DNA of 64,000 bases from Thermodesulfobacteriota bacterium. GTDB lineage: Bacteria > Desulfobacterota_D > UBA1144 > Nemesobacterales > UBA2774. Positions 58,806 to 64,000 of the stretch are shown one piece after another. The notes below the pieces were generated by a model. The model worked only from the letters and a program-made list of their open reading frames with translations, did no database searches and was not told the origin of the DNA. The translations under genes and the position numbers were made by a program. How positions within the stretch are numbered: position 1 is the stretch's first letter; each line of letters opens with the position of its first letter. The stretch covers positions 1,440,001 to 1,504,000 of the forward strand of contig OY729416.1 of assembly GCA_963422265.1 (NCBI GenBank), written 5' to 3'.

Positions 58806-59346
58806 TTAAGCGTCTTCACATAACTTATCTATATCAAGGGTGGGAGCTTTCCTTGCGTACTTACCTGCGGCTTCCTCTAACTTTTTTAACTCTTCGTGCG
58901 CGGTGAAACCCAGGTCTATAGATGCAAGCGTATCCTCTAGTTCTTCAACAACGTCCTTCATCTTTGTAATTAAGCGGGGGGGGACATTTATCATAAGCGG
59001 TTCTAATTTCTTCATTCCTATCTAACAAATTTAACATTTCCATAGTAGCGTCATGTATATTTCTCAGTGTTTCAGTGTTCTGCTGGACAAGAGACTCAAG
59101 ATCATTCTTCTCGTAATCATCCGGCGTAAAAGTATTGAGCATAGCCCTGAACCACAGGATGTTGGACTCTAAACCTAAAATTGCTCCCTCTATCACCTTG
59201 ATTTTTAAGGTTATGGAATGTTTGTTTCTTCTTTGTATAATAAGTTCCCTAAATCTTTGGATAGCCTCCTGCAGTCCATACGCGAAGTCTGATTGGAAGC
59301 CAATAAGACACTCGAGATTTCCCTCTACCTTTGCTAATGAATTCAT
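58806..59346 (-). pseudogene. Helical hypothetical protein split at a C8 tract
   Basis: Two overlapping ORFs join into about 179 aa if the 8-G run at 58976-58983 were 7 G. Confidence 0.5.
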
Positions 59347-59530
59347 AAAATATCTCTCTAACTACAGAATCTACCTGAAGTTTGACATTAATTGGATCTG
59401 GCGGTCAAGAGACAGGAAGTACCTCTCCAAACAGATTTGGAAACGGGGGGTGGTTTGTCTTCGTATTTTAGGCTTTTAAGTGGCAAATGAGATGTTGTTA
59501 AAGTTGGTTTAATCTGGGTTTAAGCAGCGC

Positions 59531-59752
59531 TTAGCGTGTCCTTAATTGGAATAATCGTTTCCCTTTATGATTGCTTGTTTCAACGTCAATGCTCGTAATA
59601 TCAAACCCCTTACTTTCCATGTGAGCTGCCTGATACCCTGCCCCCCCACCGATTTCCAGTATTGCGTTGCTCTGCATCAGGGATATATAATCACATATTC
59701 TTTCTGCTTCCTCTTCTCTGACGTATTTCGTGAATTCGGGCTTGGCTCTCAT
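59531..59752 (-). pseudogene. Truncated class I SAM methyltransferase
   Basis: ILEIGGGAGYQA motif I, then ends at 73 aa. Confidence 0.7.
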
Positions 59753-59929
59753 TATTTTTCAGTCGGCAGTTTCAGCAGATCCCCTAGCTTTCTGTCCCAG
59801 TAATCTGGTGAAAACCGTTCCATTCCACTCCCCGGATAGAAGGTTACTTCACCAAAGACTGTTTTTCCATCAACACCATACATATCAACGCGTGCGAATG
59901 TAGTATCGCTGTCGGGTAATTTTTCTCAT
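59752..59929 (-). pseudogene. C-terminal remnant of a TupA-like ATP-grasp amidoligase
   Basis: FARVDMY...VFGEVTFYPGSG..RF.P..WDRKLG; no in-frame start. Confidence 0.75.
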
Positions 59930-60735
59930 GTAGCATCAAAATGGCTCGTTAAACGACCATACATTCTCCGAAGGGATCTCTTCAGTGCTCTGCCGAATAC
60001 TTTTCTTAATACGCCCCTCCACAAAAGAGTTTTCATTGTAGGCTGTGCATATTGTCTGTAGTAAGATGGGTGCACAACTGAAAGCGTCAATCTTTCTCTC
60101 GGAATGTATTGAGCATTGACCTTAGGGATTTTGCCTTTATGAGTATAAAGAACTATGTTTTGTCTATAATGATCAATGATTTTATCATCATTCCATATCT
60201 TATCCCTTATAAAAGAAAATGGAACATAGTCTCTTTTTTCAAACAGGTCAGCCCAGTAATCCTGCCACTGCTCATTTAAATGATTTGTTCCCCCCTGAAA
60301 AGGTATCGCCGCTGAAAAAAGGACAAAATCCCCAGCCCGTTCAGTGGGGAGATGTTCTGCAACTTCAAGACTGATAGCAAGATCAAACTTTTCATGCAAC
60401 ATAGGAAATGTTTTTGAGAGATCAGCTTCAACAAACTCTTCTTTGGAAATTTTGAGAAGGTCACTGTAAACCCACTCTCCATCAATCCCTTTAACCCTTT
60501 CCAATTCTACCTGCTCCTTCAAAACAGCAAGCCAAAGCCCTGTTCCACACCCGACATCAACGGCAGATTTAATTGGCGACAAAGATTCCGTCACAATTTC
60601 AAGTATCCTCTCTGCCGAATACGAAAAACGCTCTCCGTCACGTTTCTTGTAGAAATAACTGTCGTATTTGTCTGTATTTAGGATTCTGCTCAATTTCTTA
60701 TTAACTGCTCCACTTTTTCCGCGGCAAGAGACCAT
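59926..60735 (-). CDS. Class I SAM-dependent methyltransferase (glycan locus)
   Basis: VDVGCGTG.WL, SLEVAEHL, FSAAIPFQGGTNHLNEQW. Confidence 0.82.
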   Translation of the reverse strand: MVSCRGKSGAVNKKLSRILNTDKYDSYFYKKRDGERFSYSAERILEIVTESLSPIKSAVDVGCGTGLWLAVLKEQVELERVKGIDGEWVYSDLLKISKEEFVEADLSKTFPMLHEKFDLAISLEVAEHLPTERAGDFVLFSAAIPFQGGTNHLNEQWQDYWADLFEKRDYVPFSFIRDKIWNDDKIIDHYRQNIVLYTHKGKIPKVNAQYIPRERLTLSVVHPSYYRQYAQPTMKTLLWRGVLRKVFGRALKRSLRRMYGRLTSHFDAT

Positions 60736-61802
60736 TTGAAGTTTCGCTCCACTCTTTCTCTGGCTTTGGTTCCCATAGCTTGAATGTCCGGACTTTCAAT
60801 CATTTTCTTTAGTGCATAGCCCCAAACTTTGGGGTCACGGGAATCCAGCAGTATGCCGGTTTTGTTATTGACAACGATTTCTTTCATACCGTCGTTTGCT
60901 GTTGCCAACACCGGAACTCCACAAGCCATCGCCTCCACAAGGGTAATGCCGAAAGCCTCTTTTCCTACGGACGGCTGCACAAGAATGTCAGCGAGGCGGT
61001 AAAATTTTGCCAGTTCTTTATTGTCCACAACTCCTGTGAATACAACGCGTTCCGCAACACCGACCTCTCTTGCAAGAATTTCCAATTTATTACGGGCAGC
61101 TCCGTCACCCACGACAACATAGCATATGTCTGGAACCTCAGACAGAGCGCGAATCACTATATCAAGACCCTTCCATCTAACCAGTCTTCCGACGCTTATT
61201 ATTAACTTGCAGCTGTCTGACAAACCCAGTTTGTTGCGCAATATAGACGGTGGTTCCCCCGGAGAGAAAATCTCAGTATCCACCCCATTGTAGATTGTTT
61301 TTACATCCTGACTGTAGCGCTCCCTTATATCATGCGCATTGGCGTTACTGCATGAAACATATGTGTCAACAGACCCGGCAAAAATCCTGTCTCCTAGATA
61401 GAAGTCGCTGCCGCCTGAAGCGAAGACGACATGTGCCTTCAGCCCCTTGCGTTTTGCCAGCCACATTGTGGGGAAATCGGTGGGTTTATGGATTATCACG
61501 ATGTCATATCTGCCTGTTAATAGAGCAGGAAGGGCGGATTTTGCAAAAGAGATTCTTTCCAGAAGTTTGCGAAAAACCGGTCGTCCAAGATCGGGGAAAC
61601 ATTCGCGGGAGCGGAAGGGGAAACCTTCATAATTAACAAATTCATTGCGCTTATAAACCGGTTCGCCTGTGAGAATAGTTACTTGGTGTCCCCTTAGCAC
61701 TAACGTCCTGCCAAGTTCCCAGCAGTAGGTTTCAATTCCACCGCCTTCGCGTTTCCCGGCGGCAACTTCAAAAAAGGCAATTTTCATATCTCTGCTGCTC
61801 AT
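60690..61802 (-). CDS. Glycosyltransferase family 4
   Basis: GGIE, YNGVD, VGRL..WKG, EAFGITLVEAMACG. Confidence 0.92.
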   Translation of the reverse strand: MSSRDMKIAFFEVAAGKREGGGIETYCWELGRTLVLRGHQVTILTGEPVYKRNEFVNYEGFPFRSRECFPDLGRPVFRKLLERISFAKSALPALLTGRYDIVIIHKPTDFPTMWLAKRKGLKAHVVFASGGSDFYLGDRIFAGSVDTYVSCSNANAHDIRERYSQDVKTIYNGVDTEIFSPGEPPSILRNKLGLSDSCKLIISVGRLVRWKGLDIVIRALSEVPDICYVVVGDGAARNKLEILAREVGVAERVVFTGVVDNKELAKFYRLADILVQPSVGKEAFGITLVEAMACGVPVLATANDGMKEIVVNNKTGILLDSRDPKVWGYALKKMIESPDIQAMGTKARERVERNFKWSLAAEKVEQLIRN

Positions 61803-61910
61803 ATGAAGGGCAATTTTAGATTATACTGGGAAGCCATTATAATAAGAAACCCTTTTTATAGTATATTATAATTACAAACTACAAAACTTTCTTGTTGAGT
61901 CCGTTTAGCA

Positions 61911-63080
61911 ATGTCCAAATCTTCAACAGCTCGTATAAAAAAGTTGGTCTATGTTCACCGCTCTCCTTTTCCGGGAGAAAAGGCTCATCACGGAGCAATA
62001 GCAAAAATGATTGATGCCTTTTCAAGAAAATTGGACGTTACCCTTGTGTTACGCAAATATCGCAGAGACTTTACGCATAACATTCAAGACTATTTCGGGC
62101 TGGAGAGGGATTTGAATATAAAAGATTTACTCTCGCTGGGGGTTCTTCCTTTTAGTATGGATTTTGTTTATCACCGCTCGCTTGACGGAGAATTTCTCCG
62201 ACTCTCTAAAGACTTTCCCTACGGAGAAGTTGCAGTCTATTACAGATATTCGAAATCCACCGGGGAAAGAATGGCAGCTCACGCATACAGGCACAAAGTT
62301 CCTTTTTTCTGCGAGGTACACACTCCTCTCAAATCCCGCAGTGAAGTTGATTCTCTGAGAGAAATGAAAGGGATTGTTGTTATTACCGAATGGCTGTTCC
62401 AACACTTAACTGATATGGGTGTCAGCCCCGGAAAAATTTTAAAGGCTCCTAGCGGTGTTGACATAGATTTTTACGACAGAAAGCGCGACTGCTCCAAAGA
62501 AGAAATTAGAAGAAAACTGTCCATTCCGGCGGATAAGTATCTGGTTGTTTACACTGGCAAGCCATATGAGGGAAGAGGCACAGAAACCCTAATTGAGAGC
62601 GCAAAGTTCCTTGACTGTCCTACACAGGTTTTAATCATTGGATGCAGACCGGAAGATTTGAAACGGCTCGGGGTGACAGTTAAAAAATACGGGTTGTGGG
62701 ACAAAGTGAAACTTGAGGGACACAAGCCGCCAAATCAGATTCCTCTTTACCAATTAAGTGCTGATGTTCTTGTAATGCCGTATTCGCAAGAGTGGGATCT
62801 CCAGCAATCCGCTTCTCCGGTTAAGATGTTTGAGTACATGGCTTCCGGCAATCCGATTGTTTCAAGTGATTTCCCAATTATAAGGGAAATCTTATCGAGA
62901 AAGAACAGCGTCCTACTCGCACCTGACAATCCGCATCTTCTCGCCGAGGGGATAACAAAGTGTCTTAAAGATTCATCTCTTGTGAATTCAATAACGAGAA
63001 AAGCCCTGAAACAAGTCAGACAGTATAGTTGGGATAACAGGTCTGTGAGGGTTACAGATTTTATGAACTCTGTTTTGTAA
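61911..63080 (+). CDS. Glycosyltransferase family 4
   Basis: PSGVD, SPVKMFEYMASG.PIV, YSWDNR. Confidence 0.9.
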   Translation: MSKSSTARIKKLVYVHRSPFPGEKAHHGAIAKMIDAFSRKLDVTLVLRKYRRDFTHNIQDYFGLERDLNIKDLLSLGVLPFSMDFVYHRSLDGEFLRLSKDFPYGEVAVYYRYSKSTGERMAAHAYRHKVPFFCEVHTPLKSRSEVDSLREMKGIVVITEWLFQHLTDMGVSPGKILKAPSGVDIDFYDRKRDCSKEEIRRKLSIPADKYLVVYTGKPYEGRGTETLIESAKFLDCPTQVLIIGCRPEDLKRLGVTVKKYGLWDKVKLEGHKPPNQIPLYQLSADVLVMPYSQEWDLQQSASPVKMFEYMASGNPIVSSDFPIIREILSRKNSVLLAPDNPHLLAEGITKCLKDSSLVNSITRKALKQVRQYSWDNRSVRVTDFMNSVL

Positions 63081-63199
63081 CACCATTCAAATTACCATTA
63101 TTGCTTGACAGGTTTGCTGAATAGATTAAATGGTAACGTGGGTAGTGATATAATTATTCCTCTCTGTTTTCCGATTGAGCAAATAATTTTCACGAATCA

Positions 63200-63838
63200 A
63201 TGAAAATGTCTTCCTCAAATTCTTGCAATATTTTTCTGATAGGTTATCCGGGCGCTGGGAAAACCACGCTGGGAAAACTTGTGGCGGAGAAAACCGGTTT
63301 GAATTTCTTTGACGGCTCCGTGGAACTAATGCACCGTCAGAAAATGAACAGTTCCGATATAAAATATGTCTATGGTCAATCCGGTTACGGAGATTTGATC
63401 AGGAAGATTATACTAGACACGGTTAATTCAACCCGAGGCAATGTAATAACCGTTCCACTTACTGCCATCCTCGACCCAGCATTTTGCGGTTTGATTAGGG
63501 AAACAGGCACGGTTTTCTATTTGTTTGTTCCGCAGTCGGTTATTGAACAAAGAAAGACTGATCGGAAACAGGTGCCTCTAATGAAAAAATGTTATTTTGT
63601 GCTGAGGAGGTTGCGCAGCCATCTGTATTCGCTTTGGTTAAAACAGACGGTCAAGGGAAAAGGGAAGAGTGAGTATGAGGAACGAAAGACTGTCAGGAAG
63701 TTGAGAAATTTGGTAGAGCATGAGTCGGAACTTCTTTTCCGTCAAGTTGCCTCCCATACTATTGATAATGCAGAACTGAATTTGGAGCAAGCAGCTGACA
63801 GAATTATAAAAATGGCAAATGCGGGAAGAAAATGCTGA
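63200..63838 (+). CDS. Shikimate-kinase-like P-loop kinase, divergent
   Basis: NIFLIGYPGAGKTTLGK..A; lacks the usual GGG motif. Confidence 0.7.
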   Translation: MKMSSSNSCNIFLIGYPGAGKTTLGKLVAEKTGLNFFDGSVELMHRQKMNSSDIKYVYGQSGYGDLIRKIILDTVNSTRGNVITVPLTAILDPAFCGLIRETGTVFYLFVPQSVIEQRKTDRKQVPLMKKCYFVLRRLRSHLYSLWLKQTVKGKGKSEYEERKTVRKLRNLVEHESELLFRQVASHTIDNAELNLEQAADRIIKMANAGRKC

Positions 63839-64000
63839 CGAGTTCATCCGCTGAAAAAAAGAGTTTTCTCAAAAATGTTTCATGGCTTTTTGGCGGCGAA
63901 ATAGTCAGCTCGCTTTTTGCCATGCTTGAGACGGTGGCCCTTGCCCGTTTTCTCGGACTGGAGCAGTTTGGTCTTTTCAGCCTGGTTGTCGCATATGTGA
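63832..64000 (+). CDS. Wzx-like oligosaccharide flippase, N-terminal part (runs off window)
   Basis: MLTSSSAEKKSFLKNVSWLFGGE...LARFLGLEQFGLFSLVVAY. Confidence 0.78.
   Translation, partial: MLTSSSAEKKSFLKNVSWLFGGEIVSSLFAMLETVALARFLGLEQFGLFSLVVAYV

Noticed and set aside
1-64000. CRISPR array, integrase, transposase, prophage or rRNA
   Set aside because: No regularly spaced repeat-spacer series or recognisable motifs found

Overview
Origin-proximal chromosome window of a Gram-negative, Deltaproteobacteria-like bacterium (possibly Ca. Dadabacteria; this is inferred from gene content only). It contains dnaA-oriC-dnaN, with DnaA boxes and a DnaA-trio unwinding element, and two parS-like sites. 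A type II secretion system is split between gspC-K (followed by a RavA-like AAA+ ATPase and a small ORF) and comF-gspLMN. Housekeeping genes are pabBC, dnaJ, uvrA, dacB, aroE, ribF, ispE, mnmE, bamD, ftnA and pheA. Other loci are phoBR with a divergent phosphate porin and Pho box, an AbrB-VapC toxin-antitoxin pair, an islet beside tRNA-Glu(CTC) (beta-barrel plus a restriction-modification pair with a broken REase), and a surface-glycan region at the right end. There are many pseudogene remnants. The most notable signal is a family of short palindromic repeats found between genes and also inserted in-frame inside conserved genes (dnaN, ispE, an ImmA/IrrE gene, possibly phoR). Other leads are an open 82-codon in-frame extension after the gspN stop and a candidate anti-SD small RNA. 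All calls were made by eye; no database searches were run.
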